IMG/VR virus record: IMGVR_UViG_3300033997_000478
Location: 186,001 to 250,000 of that record
DNA length: 64,000 nt
Reading direction: 5' to 3' (one strand)
This document shows, piece after piece, positions 22,536 through 31,379 of the stretch. A model generated the notes under the pieces. It saw only the letters and a list, made by a program, of their open reading frames with translations, made no database searches and was not told where the DNA came from. The number at the start of each line of letters is the position of its first letter. Positions within the stretch are counted from its first letter, which is position 1. A program made the position numbers and the translations under genes.

Positions 22536-24530
22536 ATGACGAAGAAAATGTTGCTCGACCCCGGTTTCGAACTGACGCTGCGCCCGATGCGCTACCCGCA
22601 GTTCTACGACATGTACCGCGACGCGATCAAGAACACCTGGACGGTTGATGAAATCAACTTCCAGCTGGACATCAGCGACCTGCATGACAAGATGACGCCG
22701 GCCGATCGACACCTGATCCACCGCCTGGTTGCGTTCTTCGCCACCGGCGACAGCATCGTCTCCAACAACCTGGTGCTCAACCTGTACCAGCACCTGAACT
22801 CACCTGAAGCGCGCATGTACCTGTCGCGCCAGCTGTACGAAGAAGCCCTGCACGTGCAGTTCTACCTGACCCTGCTGGACAACTACCTGCCGGATCCGGA
22901 ACAGCGCAATGCCGCCTTTGCTGCGGTCGAGAACATCCCCTCGATCAAGAAGAAGGCCGACTTCTGCTTCAAGTGGATCGACTCGATCCAGGACCTGCAC
23001 AAGCTGGAAACCCGCGAACACCGCCGGCAGTTCCTGCTCAACCAGATCTGCTTTGCCGCGATCATCGAAGGCCTGTTCTTCTTCGCTGCCTTCGCCTACG
23101 TGTACTACTTCCGTTCGCGCGGTCTGCTCTCCGGCCTGGCCAGCGGCACCAACTGGGTGTTCCGCGACGAAAGCTGTATGCCTGTGGACTCCACGGAGAT
23201 TTTGACCGATAAGGGCTTTGTGGGCCTGCGTGAGGTCATTGCGCGGGGCGAGGCGGGCGATAGCTTCAACGTTGCCCAGTACGCCGCTGACGGCACTGTG
23301 AGCTTTGTGGAACCGCGCGGTTATGTACTCAAGCCTTTCAACGGTGAGCTGATCCACTGCCGCACTGAGAAGAGTGTGTCGCTACTGACCACCGATGACC
23401 ATGACAACGTGACGCGCTCCAAAACCACCGGTGCACTGCGCAAGACTAAAGCGATGGACATGTCGCTTTCTTCGACGTCGGAAATGGTCTGCGCCGGCTT
23501 CGGCATGGGTCCTGCGGCTACGTTGACTGACATCGAACGCTTTGCTATCGTTTACCAGGCCGATGGCGTTGAGCGCGTCAATGGTAATGGTGAGCGCAGC
23601 GGTACTGTTGGCGTTAAGTTTGGCTTTGCCAAGGAACGCAAGATCCAGCGCTTTGAAGCGCTGTTGGATCGCCTGCGGTGGGATTACTCCAAGGTCATCA
23701 GCTCTCGTGAAAACGAGCGTAACGACCAGGTTGTGTACCGCGTTAAGATGCCTGCCTCGCTGATGGCAATCATCGACAAGGACTTCTCCTGGGTGACTAT
23801 GGATCGGATCCATAGCAACTGGGCGCGTGAGTTCATCGAAGAGGTCTCCCATTGGGACAGTTATCTGGCTGAAGACCGCACCTGCGTGCAGTACATCAAT
23901 ACCAACGAGGACGCGGTTAACAAGGTACAGGCGGTGGCCGCTCTGGCCGGGTATGCCACCAACCTCTACCGCAAGACCGACGGCCGTAGCGACAGCTACA
24001 ACGACGTGTACAACCTGTTTATCAAGCATCGCGATTACGCTGACCTGCATAATGCGGAATTGGTCACCGTACCGTTCACCGGGGATGTCGGTTGTGTGAA
24101 CGTACCCACCGGAATGATCATCGTTCGTCAGGACGGTAAGGTTCACGTTACCGGGAACTGCCACATGAACTTCGCCTTCGAGTCGGTGCGCGTGATCCGT
24201 GAAGAAGAGCCGGACCTGTTCGACGCCGAGATGGAAGCGCAGGTGTACCAGATGCTGGAAGAAGGCATCGAGTGCGAGCTGCAGTTCGCTGAAGACGTCC
24301 TCTCCGGCGGCGTGGCTGGCATCTCCACCAACGACATGCGCCAGTACCTGCAGCACTGCGCCGACAACCACTTCCTGCGCCTGGGCATGAAGAAGAAGTA
24401 CAACGTCTCCAACCCGCTGCCGTTCATGGAGCTGCAGGACGTCCAGGAACTGACCAACTTCTTCGAGCGCCGCGTCTCGGCCTACCAGGTCGGCGTGCAA
24501 GGCGAAGTTGCCTTCGACATGAACTTCTAA
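22536..24530 (+). CDS. nrdB: class Ia ribonucleotide reductase beta subunit, intein-containing
   Basis: FFATGD, YEEALHVQFY, IEGLFF, RDES/CH, NFFE; 328-aa in-frame insertion. Confidence 0.97.
   Translation: MTKKMLLDPGFELTLRPMRYPQFYDMYRDAIKNTWTVDEINFQLDISDLHDKMTPADRHLIHRLVAFFATGDSIVSNNLVLNLYQHLNSPEARMYLSRQLYEEALHVQFYLTLLDNYLPDPEQRNAAFAAVENIPSIKKKADFCFKWIDSIQDLHKLETREHRRQFLLNQICFAAIIEGLFFFAAFAYVYYFRSRGLLSGLASGTNWVFRDESCMPVDSTEILTDKGFVGLREVIARGEAGDSFNVAQYAADGTVSFVEPRGYVLKPFNGELIHCRTEKSVSLLTTDDHDNVTRSKTTGALRKTKAMDMSLSSTSEMVCAGFGMGPAATLTDIERFAIVYQADGVERVNGNGERSGTVGVKFGFAKERKIQRFEALLDRLRWDYSKVISSRENERNDQVVYRVKMPASLMAIIDKDFSWVTMDRIHSNWAREFIEEVSHWDSYLAEDRTCVQYINTNEDAVNKVQAVAALAGYATNLYRKTDGRSDSYNDVYNLFIKHRDYADLHNAELVTVPFTGDVGCVNVPTGMIIVRQDGKVHVTGNCHMNFAFESVRVIREEEPDLFDAEMEAQVYQMLEEGIECELQFAEDVLSGGVAGISTNDMRQYLQHCADNHFLRLGMKKKYNVSNPLPFMELQDVQELTNFFERRVSAYQVGVQGEVAFDMNF
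23175..24158 (+). mobile_element. intein in NrdB, probably with a degenerate LAGLIDADG-type endonuclease
   Basis: Starts CMPVDSTEILTDKG, ends VGCVNVPTG..VRQDGKVHVTGN followed by +1 Cys; removal restores RDES-CHMNF. Confidence 0.93.
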
Positions 24531-24548
24531 CCCGCAAGGATCCTGCGC

Positions 24549-24890
24549 ATGCAGCGCTTTACTTTCAGGGGGTATGAGATCAATGCCCTCAATGAAGTCG
24601 ATGATGAGCATCTGTGTCAGCTCGAAACCGACTCAGCCTTCAGAGCGGTAACGGCATGTCTGGATCCGAGCCGGCGGTTGGATTACCTCAAGGTGATCTT
24701 CCGCACTAACGGTGCCACGTTCGGTGAGTTCTCTCCGTATTCGGTGTGGGGTACGCTGGAGGTTTTTGAGGAAGCCCTACGTAACACCATTCTGGCTACG
24801 AAGGTCCAACTGAACCTGGAGCTGAGCCAAGAGCGGGCTACTGAAGATCTGATCGTGTCTGCACTGGATCGGATTCGCCTGCGCAGTTGA
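24549..24890 (+). CDS. hypothetical protein
   Basis: ATG after AAGGA; ends at a hairpin. Confidence 0.6.
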   Translation: MQRFTFRGYEINALNEVDDEHLCQLETDSAFRAVTACLDPSRRLDYLKVIFRTNGATFGEFSPYSVWGTLEVFEEALRNTILATKVQLNLELSQERATEDLIVSALDRIRLRS

Positions 24891-24892
24891 CA

Positions 24893-24929
24893 GCATAACG
24901 CCCCCTCCCAGACGGGAGGGGGCTTATGG
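24893..24929. terminator. bidirectional terminator-like hairpin between convergent genes
   Basis: GCATAA-C-GCCCCCTCCC-AGAC-GGGAGGGGGC-TTATG. Confidence 0.75.
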
Positions 24930-25211
24930 TCACTCTTGCTGCTTGCCGCCGAAGACAGACTTGAACAGGGCAAAGCGTTCGGCGATGGCCTTCTGATCGA
25001 CCAGGCGGCTGACGGCACCGAGGAAGCCAACCCACTGCACCAGGCGCTCGAAGATCAGCGGCAGATGACCAGCACTGATCAGCTTGTACTGTACGGCCAG
25101 TGCGTAGAGTTCCGGAGAGAAGCCGATGATGAAGAAGGCCCACATCGAGAACCACTTCCAGGCCCGCTTCCAGTCGTTGACCAGATACTTGTTGAAGAAC
25201 TCGGCAATCAT
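24930..25211 (-). CDS. putative holin-like membrane protein
   Basis: MIAEFFNKYLVNDWKRAWKWFSMWAF..; LV.DW..AWKW.SM pattern of small phage holin-like proteins, two hydrophobic segments. Confidence 0.65.
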   Translation of the reverse strand: MIAEFFNKYLVNDWKRAWKWFSMWAFFIIGFSPELYALAVQYKLISAGHLPLIFERLVQWVGFLGAVSRLVDQKAIAERFALFKSVFGGKQQE

Positions 25212-25334
25212 TGTAAAGCTCCAGCGGATGATGCTCTCCATAGGATGCTGTGAATAAAAACAGCCGTGTTTGATGGTGTGGCTCAAAGGCCAGAGCGCTG
25301 CGCATTCTGCGCGCCCAAACACAGAGAAAAAGAA

Positions 25335-25958
25335 ATGAGTGACGCAACCATCGTGAAACCGAGTTACCAGCTGGGCACCCCGGTCATCCCGATCGATCAG
25401 GGCCAGGGAATTTTCCTGGAGCACTTCCAGCTTCCCAAGCAGTATCTGGCAGTGGACGGTAAGCTGCTGCCGGTTGCCGTGCTGAAGTTCGACACCGCCT
25501 ACGACCTGATCGGCGTCAGTCAGGACCACACCCTGCTCCACGGCGGTCACATCGACTTTACCGACTCGTTGGACGAGGAGGTCTCGATCGACGCGCTGTA
25601 TTATCGAGACGAGTTCTCCAAGGATGCCGAGTGGAAGATCATCGACGTCACTGCTTTCTCTGAGCGCTTCTGCTTTGACAAGTTCCCCGTCGAAGGCAAC
25701 AGCCGTGTGCGCGGCCTGCAGGAATACATCGTCCTGCCGATTACCATCGACGGCGAAGAACATCGCGTCAAGTACGCCATCGCTGGCGAATTGAATGTGG
25801 AGTTCGGCAGCGTCAAGGTCTGGTGGAGCATCAACGAAATCCTCACTGCTCCCTCCGGCCAGCAGAAGGAACTGCGTGCCAAGATCTTCAATCTCAACCC
25901 CCTGCGCGGTTTCAAGGTCGGCGCCTACCGCGCCAACGCCAACCGCGCTACACGCTGA
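25335..25958 (+). CDS. stand-alone homolog of an internal major capsid protein domain
   Basis: Collinear matches to MCP residues about 279-463 (see findings). Confidence 0.85.
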   Translation: MSDATIVKPSYQLGTPVIPIDQGQGIFLEHFQLPKQYLAVDGKLLPVAVLKFDTAYDLIGVSQDHTLLHGGHIDFTDSLDEEVSIDALYYRDEFSKDAEWKIIDVTAFSERFCFDKFPVEGNSRVRGLQEYIVLPITIDGEEHRVKYAIAGELNVEFGSVKVWWSINEILTAPSGQQKELRAKIFNLNPLRGFKVGAYRANANRATR

Positions 25959-25967
25959 GGGCCAACC

Positions 25968-26714
25968 ATGTCCGATGTAATGAAGATCCAGACCGTGGCT
26001 TTTGACGGCGACCAGACGGAAGTCGTTGAAGAGCACGTCATTCCCAATGACACCCGACACACCCAGCTACTGACCTTCGAAAACGGCCCAACCGAAGAGC
26101 CGGCCAATGATGCTGTTCTGATCAACGGCCGTGTCATCGCTCTGGGTTACTTCGAACTGGATAAGACCTACGATCTGTTGAACTCTTCAGATCACCCATA
26201 TCTGCGAGAACAGGGTCTCATCCATGCCAATGACAGCATCGACGGACATATCACGGTTGAAGGTCTGCTGGTACGCGGTATCTGGGCTGATGACGGTCAT
26301 GTGATCCAGGGTCCCACCTACGTTCGACTGGATGTGTTTGGTAAGGAATACGCCTACGACCAGCATACCGACTACGCCACCATCGACGCGGTGAACATCC
26401 AGATCGAATTGCCGATTGGCGTGCCCGGCCATGGAGGTGTCCAGTTCAAGCTGTGGCTGCAAGGTGAGCTGTCACGTCGCAAGGGTACGGTGAATCTGGA
26501 AGTGGTTCGCTGCGAAGCCATCGGTCGCTGGGAGGGCTCTGAACTGATCCGTCACCCGGAGAGGTGGGCGACGAATGTTGAAAGTGCCGACCTGTTCGAA
26601 AAGTGGTTCCGGGAGTACCAACCCATCGAAGGTTATCGGGTCAAGACTACCCGTACCTACAGCGCCAACTTTATGGCCTTCCTCGCCCAACGTGAAGCTA
26701 AGCGCCAAGCATAA
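25968..26714 (+). CDS. second, more diverged homolog of the MCP internal domain
   Basis: ELDKTYDLL..GLIHANDSID, QGELSRRKGTV, IEGYRVKTTRTYSAN align with 25335..25958 and the MCP. Confidence 0.7.
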   Translation: MSDVMKIQTVAFDGDQTEVVEEHVIPNDTRHTQLLTFENGPTEEPANDAVLINGRVIALGYFELDKTYDLLNSSDHPYLREQGLIHANDSIDGHITVEGLLVRGIWADDGHVIQGPTYVRLDVFGKEYAYDQHTDYATIDAVNIQIELPIGVPGHGGVQFKLWLQGELSRRKGTVNLEVVRCEAIGRWEGSELIRHPERWATNVESADLFEKWFREYQPIEGYRVKTTRTYSANFMAFLAQREAKRQA

Positions 26715-26746
26715 TAGAGCCCCGCCTTCGGGCGGGGTTTTATGCC
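26709..26746 (+). terminator. intrinsic terminator-like hairpin
   Basis: GCATAA..CCCCGCC-TTCG-GGCGGGG-TTTTATGCC. Confidence 0.75.
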
Positions 26747-26753
26747 ACCAAAC

Positions 26754-26786
26754 AAAAAAGTTTCATCGCTATAATACCCTCGTGAA
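26754..26786 (+). promoter_or_regulatory. putative phage promoter, copy 1
   Basis: AAAAAAGTTTCATCGCTATAATACCCTCGTGAA; motif recurs at 28931 and 51761. Confidence 0.6.
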
Positions 26787-26833
26787 CTCCAATCCCGGAA
26801 GTTCACAACCTTTGTTAGCAAGGAGAGTTATTC

Positions 26834-27532
26834 ATGTCTGAGATTTTCAACGTCACCGCCGAGACCACCTACCGTCAGCTGGCCAAGGCCACTGGCATCC
26901 CGCTGAAGGATCTGCTCCAGGATCTGAAGGACAAGGGCTACAAGGTCAAGCGTGACTACCGCGTGCGCGCCACCAGCCCGCACTACAGCCGCGTACGCAA
27001 GGTGCTGGACCAGTACGAACTGGCAGTGGGTGTCAAGTTCATCAAGGTGGCTGCCAGCGTCCGCATGGCCAACCACAACCACAACATGGCCCTGTACCGC
27101 AAGAAGGTCAAGACCATCAGTACGGCCGAGCTGGTGGAAGCGTTCGGCAAGGCAACGCGCAACCGTCGCCTGCGCAAGACCGAAGACGGCAAGCTGATCA
27201 AGGTCACCAAGACCGCAGCCAAGAAGACTTCGGCCAACAACTCGGGTCTGACGATCCGTGAGCTGGAAAAGGAGATCTTCTTCGTCGACAAGCTGCGTGT
27301 GGTGATCCGTGCTCCGTCGCATCTGCGCAGCGGCTGCACCACCTACGGCAAGGCGCTGCCGAAGGGCTCCACCGTGGAGACGCTGACCCGTCGCCTGGAA
27401 CGCTACTTCCGCAACAGCCGTCATGCTGAAGAGCTGGCCGGTGTCGAGTTCGTGGTGATCACCCCGCGCGGTGAAGCGCATCACAACACCCGCACCAAGA
27501 AGCTGCCGATCGCTCGCGCTCGCTTCGAGTAA
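26834..27532 (+). CDS. highly basic putative nucleic-acid-binding protein
   Basis: AAGGAG RBS; K/R-rich; N-terminus TYRQLAKATGIPLKDLLQDLKDKG. Confidence 0.75.
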   Translation: MSEIFNVTAETTYRQLAKATGIPLKDLLQDLKDKGYKVKRDYRVRATSPHYSRVRKVLDQYELAVGVKFIKVAASVRMANHNHNMALYRKKVKTISTAELVEAFGKATRNRRLRKTEDGKLIKVTKTAAKKTSANNSGLTIRELEKEIFFVDKLRVVIRAPSHLRSGCTTYGKALPKGSTVETLTRRLERYFRNSRHAEELAGVEFVVITPRGEAHHNTRTKKLPIARARFE

Positions 27533-27633
27533 TCGACACGCCCCCGGAGACCTGATCGTCTCCGGGGGTTAACTCGCTGTATTTCTTTTTGCGTCACCCC
27601 ACAACTTTTGTACCAGCCGCTGGAGAGTAGGAA

Positions 27634-27924
27634 ATGTCGCACCTGATCGCTTTCATCTTGGCGATGATCATCGCCGCCCCGAGCCAGCAGCTGCCCAACC
27701 CGCAGCAGCCGGTCAATACCAACCAACTGGAAGTGCTGCGCAAGAACGACAAGCAGCTGGAAAAGAAGTACCCCGGCTTCAGTCGCTTCCAGCGCCAGTT
27801 GGCCGATTGCGGTCAGCAGCTGAAGGAGCAGTTCGGCGAACCGGTGGACCCGCAAGACTTGGAGGCGTGCATCACCTATGCACGTTACATCACCGATACG
27901 CTCGACCAAGCGGAGGGTAAGTAA
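27634..27924 (+). CDS. putative secreted protein
   Basis: Signal-peptide-like MSHLIAFILAMIIAAP. Confidence 0.6.
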   Translation: MSHLIAFILAMIIAAPSQQLPNPQQPVNTNQLEVLRKNDKQLEKKYPGFSRFQRQLADCGQQLKEQFGEPVDPQDLEACITYARYITDTLDQAEGK

Positions 27925-28226
27925 TGGGATTTCTCTCTGAAGTCGGTAAAATCTTCCTGCAGGTCTTCGCTACTCCGGTGCGTGACATACCGGAAATCGA
28001 GCGGGTTGGCGGGACCATCAATTACGCCAACAGTCGAATGTATCCGGCACGCCGTCGTACCCACCGGTACGTCGGTAACGAGCGCAAGAAGTTGTTGAGC
28101 GTCGAGGCGGGTTGGTACATCATCGACCACATCGCCAACCGTCAGGAAACCAAGGTGGGGGTTTTCTTCGAGGCCAATTCACCTGGCGAAGCTTTCCGCC
28201 AATACCAAAACAAGGACAAGACATGA
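27924..28226 (+). CDS. hypothetical protein
   Basis: TAATG coupling to the upstream gene. Confidence 0.6.
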   Translation: MGFLSEVGKIFLQVFATPVRDIPEIERVGGTINYANSRMYPARRRTHRYVGNERKKLLSVEAGWYIIDHIANRQETKVGVFFEANSPGEAFRQYQNKDKT

Positions 28227-28483
28227 AGTGGGTTGCAATGATGTTGGTGGTGCTGGCTGCGGCCGGTTGTAAGCGGGTTGAACCTGCCACTCCGACTGGT
28301 CGCGTGCAGCAGGTCTTCGAAACCTGTATGCGGGAAGCCGGCCGCACCGCAGGCGGACAACTGCCAGCCGAAGTCGTGCGCGAATGTCGTCAACTGGCTG
28401 AATCAGCGCTCAAGGCCGAATGCCCTTCGGGTCTTCTAGGTGAGGCGCCCTTGTCCCACCCAAGACCAAAGGAAAACGAATGA
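28223..28483 (+). CDS. putative lipoprotein
   Basis: MKWVAMMLVVLAAAG/C lipobox; AAGGA RBS. Confidence 0.65.
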   Translation: MKWVAMMLVVLAAAGCKRVEPATPTGRVQQVFETCMREAGRTAGGQLPAEVVRECRQLAESALKAECPSGLLGEAPLSHPRPKENE

Positions 28484-28860
28484 TCAAGCGCGACCCTGAG
28501 AACCTGAAGATCGAGAAGGTGACCTTCAACGACGTGACCAGCGCAGTCTGGAATCGTGAGAACGTGCAGATCGTGTTCCTCTGCCCCGGTCATCTGTTCA
28601 TCAAGCAGACCCCGGTGGAGAACACCATCCGCCGTAGTGTCGGCGCCGGTTACCGCTACGAGACGGCACTGAGCGAGCGCATGACCGTCTCGCATCTGGT
28701 CCACCGCCTGCAGCGTGAAGTCGGTGACGTGCCCTTCCTGATCGTGTTGCCCGATGGTGGCGTCTACGATCCGCGCCTGGCACATCACGCCATCGTACCG
28801 ATGGGTACGGTGCGCGATTACTACCGCAGGACGCCGGACTACCACAAGCCCTACGCGTAA
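28480..28860 (+). CDS. hypothetical protein
   Basis: ATGA overlap; ends before a hairpin. Confidence 0.65.
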   Translation: MIKRDPENLKIEKVTFNDVTSAVWNRENVQIVFLCPGHLFIKQTPVENTIRRSVGAGYRYETALSERMTVSHLVHRLQREVGDVPFLIVLPDGGVYDPRLAHHAIVPMGTVRDYYRRTPDYHKPYA

Positions 28861-28866
28861 TGGCAC

Positions 28867-28897
28867 ACCCCCTCCCTTCGGGGAGGGGGCTTTATGG
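28867..28897 (+). terminator. intrinsic terminator-like hairpin
   Basis: CCCCCTCCC-TTCG-GGGAGGGGG-CTTTATGG. Confidence 0.75.
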
Positions 28898-28930
28898 CCT
28901 TTGTTTTTTGGCTTGAACCAAAGAGATCCT

Positions 28931-28962
28931 AAAAATTCAAAGGACTATAATATCGATTTGAG
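28931..28962 (+). promoter_or_regulatory. putative phage promoter, copy 2
   Basis: AAAAATTCAAAGGACTATAATATCGATTTGAG. Confidence 0.55.
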
Positions 28963-29049
28963 GGTGGTGGTAACGAATCCTCCCTGCAAGGCCGCGCCAC
29001 AGAGGCAAAAAGGTCAAGTAGGTTTCCCTAAAACCCAGTGAGGTTAAAA

Positions 29050-30408
29050 ATGAACAGCAATACCCGTAAGACCGCGGTGTCTTTCTTCTTTGACGAGAAG
29101 GATGGCGGTAAGTTCACCCTGAGCATTGTGGTGGAAAACCTCGGCGTGACCGATCGTTACGCTCTCCATGGTACCGTCACCCGGCAGTTGGGAATCGTGA
29201 CGCTCGACGAACTTGAACACAGCATGCCGGAAGGGACGCGTCTGAGCGACCTCTTCCAAGCAACGGTGTTGCGCGTGACCAGCTTGTACACCGGCTACGC
29301 GCTGCGCAAATTCCACATCGCCAACGAGCTCGTCAAGTACTTCTCCGAGTACACGATCAGCGATGTGCCGAACGAGTACAACCTGCCGGCAGTCAAAGTC
29401 AAGGAAACCTTGGAGGCCAGCAAGGCAGCGGCTGAGGTGTTTGATGTGACGTGTACGAACATGTACGCGATCTTGACGCATGACCCTGAAGATGTGACCT
29501 TCCAGGAAGAGTGGATGGACACCACAACGCAAATGATGCTCAATGCGGTGTTTGAGATCCCCAAGATGTGGACGTCCAACATCAACGCTTCGGGTATGGT
29601 GGTGCGTGACTCGCAAACGGAGTGGGTGTGGAACTACAGTCCCTCCACCGAGATCCTGATCATCCACGTCCGTGATCGTGCCAACAAGAAGCACTCCCAG
29701 TGGGAAGTCACCAAGGAACTGGCTATCCACTTCACCGGTAACGATCGTGAGAACGGCACGCACTATCGCAGTTTCATCAACCACGAGGGTGGTCGCCAGT
29801 GGCATGTGACTCGTAAGGTCGTTATCCAGCGGGCGTTCATCACTGAGTTGCCGGCGGGCACCACCAGGGGCGTGTTCAAGCAGATCAAGCACATCCTGCA
29901 GGTCTTGCAGGACAGGGCCACCTGCAAGATCGGTGAAACGACCTTTACCCCCAACTACCTGCTCTGGCTGCCGATGACCTCGCTGGAAGAAGCGTGGCGA
30001 GGTGCTGACGGCAAACTCCCCATCGAACCACCCGCGGCGCTGCGCGAAGCCTACCTGAGGCTGGTTTTCCACTACGACAACACACTGCCCAAGTACAACG
30101 CCCCCGACGGCAGTAGTGGACCTGCTCGTTCGCAGGAAGTGGTGGAGGCGATGTATGAACTGCTGGCGCCGCGGTACGGGTCTGGTGAATCGCAAGCAGC
30201 GCGGTTCTCGAAGTTCTGGGCGCAGTTTGACATCGATCTCGAAAAGCTCCGAACGGACATGGCTGCCAAGTTCGAAGGTGACCGAGCGTCGAATAAATAC
30301 GATGTTTTCGTTACGATCAATACGTCCAACATCCTACAGAACCTGATGACCTTTAAGTCAGAGGTCAAGGAAAAGGAAAACCAAGAGGATGAGAACATTG
30401 GCCATTAA
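29050..30408 (+). CDS. hypothetical protein (452 aa)
   Basis: ATG at 29050 after GAGG. Confidence 0.7.
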   Translation: MNSNTRKTAVSFFFDEKDGGKFTLSIVVENLGVTDRYALHGTVTRQLGIVTLDELEHSMPEGTRLSDLFQATVLRVTSLYTGYALRKFHIANELVKYFSEYTISDVPNEYNLPAVKVKETLEASKAAAEVFDVTCTNMYAILTHDPEDVTFQEEWMDTTTQMMLNAVFEIPKMWTSNINASGMVVRDSQTEWVWNYSPSTEILIIHVRDRANKKHSQWEVTKELAIHFTGNDRENGTHYRSFINHEGGRQWHVTRKVVIQRAFITELPAGTTRGVFKQIKHILQVLQDRATCKIGETTFTPNYLLWLPMTSLEEAWRGADGKLPIEPPAALREAYLRLVFHYDNTLPKYNAPDGSSGPARSQEVVEAMYELLAPRYGSGESQAARFSKFWAQFDIDLEKLRTDMAAKFEGDRASNKYDVFVTINTSNILQNLMTFKSEVKEKENQEDENIGH

Positions 30409-30994
30409 GCGTCCCTTCGCACTGCCGAAGTTTGTACAGCGCCTGACCATGCACAACGACGACTTCGAGAATCGCTTCTTGGAGAACCATCGCTTTCAGG
30501 TGATGGGTAACGTCGAGTTCGAAGGTGGCAATCCCTCTCGTGCTATCCGGCACTTGGGGGAGGTGGGTAAGATCGCCTCGATCTCACCTCACGGCTACCA
30601 GACGTTGGTGATCTACGACCCGGCCATCCATGACCGGGAATCGTTGGTGTTGATGCTCACCGCTCTGTGGGACGGCTCGTTCGTCCCCACCGAGCGCGTC
30701 GACTTCAACAAGGACAACACCAGCCGCAAGAAGCTGTATGGCATCAAGGATCATGAACGCCCCAACGCATGGTTGGACATCGTCAATAACGTCTACTGGA
30801 CCATGGTGGATGTGAACATTGCCGACGTTCAGAAGACCATGCGGATTCAGGCCAACTACTGGGATGCCCAGCGCAGGATCCGGCAAGGTAAGGCCAAGCA
30901 GCAGCGCAACGCCGTTGAACGCGCCCTGCGTCGGGGCTCGGAATCGGACCTGCGCGCGCAGCTGATCCTCACCGGCCGCCTCAAGCCGAGATAG
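30389..30994 (+). CDS. hypothetical protein
   Basis: Overlaps upstream gene; GAGG RBS. Confidence 0.65.
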   Translation: MRTLAIKRPFALPKFVQRLTMHNDDFENRFLENHRFQVMGNVEFEGGNPSRAIRHLGEVGKIASISPHGYQTLVIYDPAIHDRESLVLMLTALWDGSFVPTERVDFNKDNTSRKKLYGIKDHERPNAWLDIVNNVYWTMVDVNIADVQKTMRIQANYWDAQRRIRQGKAKQQRNAVERALRRGSESDLRAQLILTGRLKPR

Positions 30995-31021
30995 TATGGG
31001 GAAACTATCTGAGATCCACCA

Positions 31022-31297
31022 ATGGGGAATAAAGAGCACTACGTAACCAGACCAGCCCTTGATCAATCACCCAAAGCCCGCGCACGTGCCCGGTTTTTGA
31101 TCAACGGTCTGTACTCTGACATGTTCGGGAAAGCAATCCGACATGAGACCGTGCGATCGATCCGTGTCAAGATCATCGAACTGGAAGCCAACCTGGAACG
31201 GGTACGGGAATTCTTACCCATGGCTGTCTACCAATCGATGGTCCGGCAAGTAGTGAACTACGAACGGGTCTGCGAGCAACTGGAAGTGCTCTCTTGA
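31022..31297 (+). CDS. hypothetical protein
   Basis: 91-aa ORF followed by a hairpin. Confidence 0.55.
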   Translation: MGNKEHYVTRPALDQSPKARARARFLINGLYSDMFGKAIRHETVRSIRVKIIELEANLERVREFLPMAVYQSMVRQVVNYERVCEQLEVLS

Positions 31298-31302
31298 AAC
31301 AA

Positions 31303-31332
31303 GGTCCCCACCTTCGGGTGGGGACTTATGCC
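31303..31332 (+). terminator. intrinsic terminator-like hairpin
   Basis: GTCCCCACC-TTCG-GGTGGGGAC-TTATGCC. Confidence 0.75.
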
Positions 31333-31379
31333 GCCTAAAAAGAAATTAAGCTGTACCATCGTCTGAATCCAACCAAGGA

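Noticed and set aside
24930-26060. 376-aa minus-strand ORF as a single gene
   Set aside because: Only the last 93 codons look like a real membrane protein; the rest overlaps the plus-strand MCP-domain paralog
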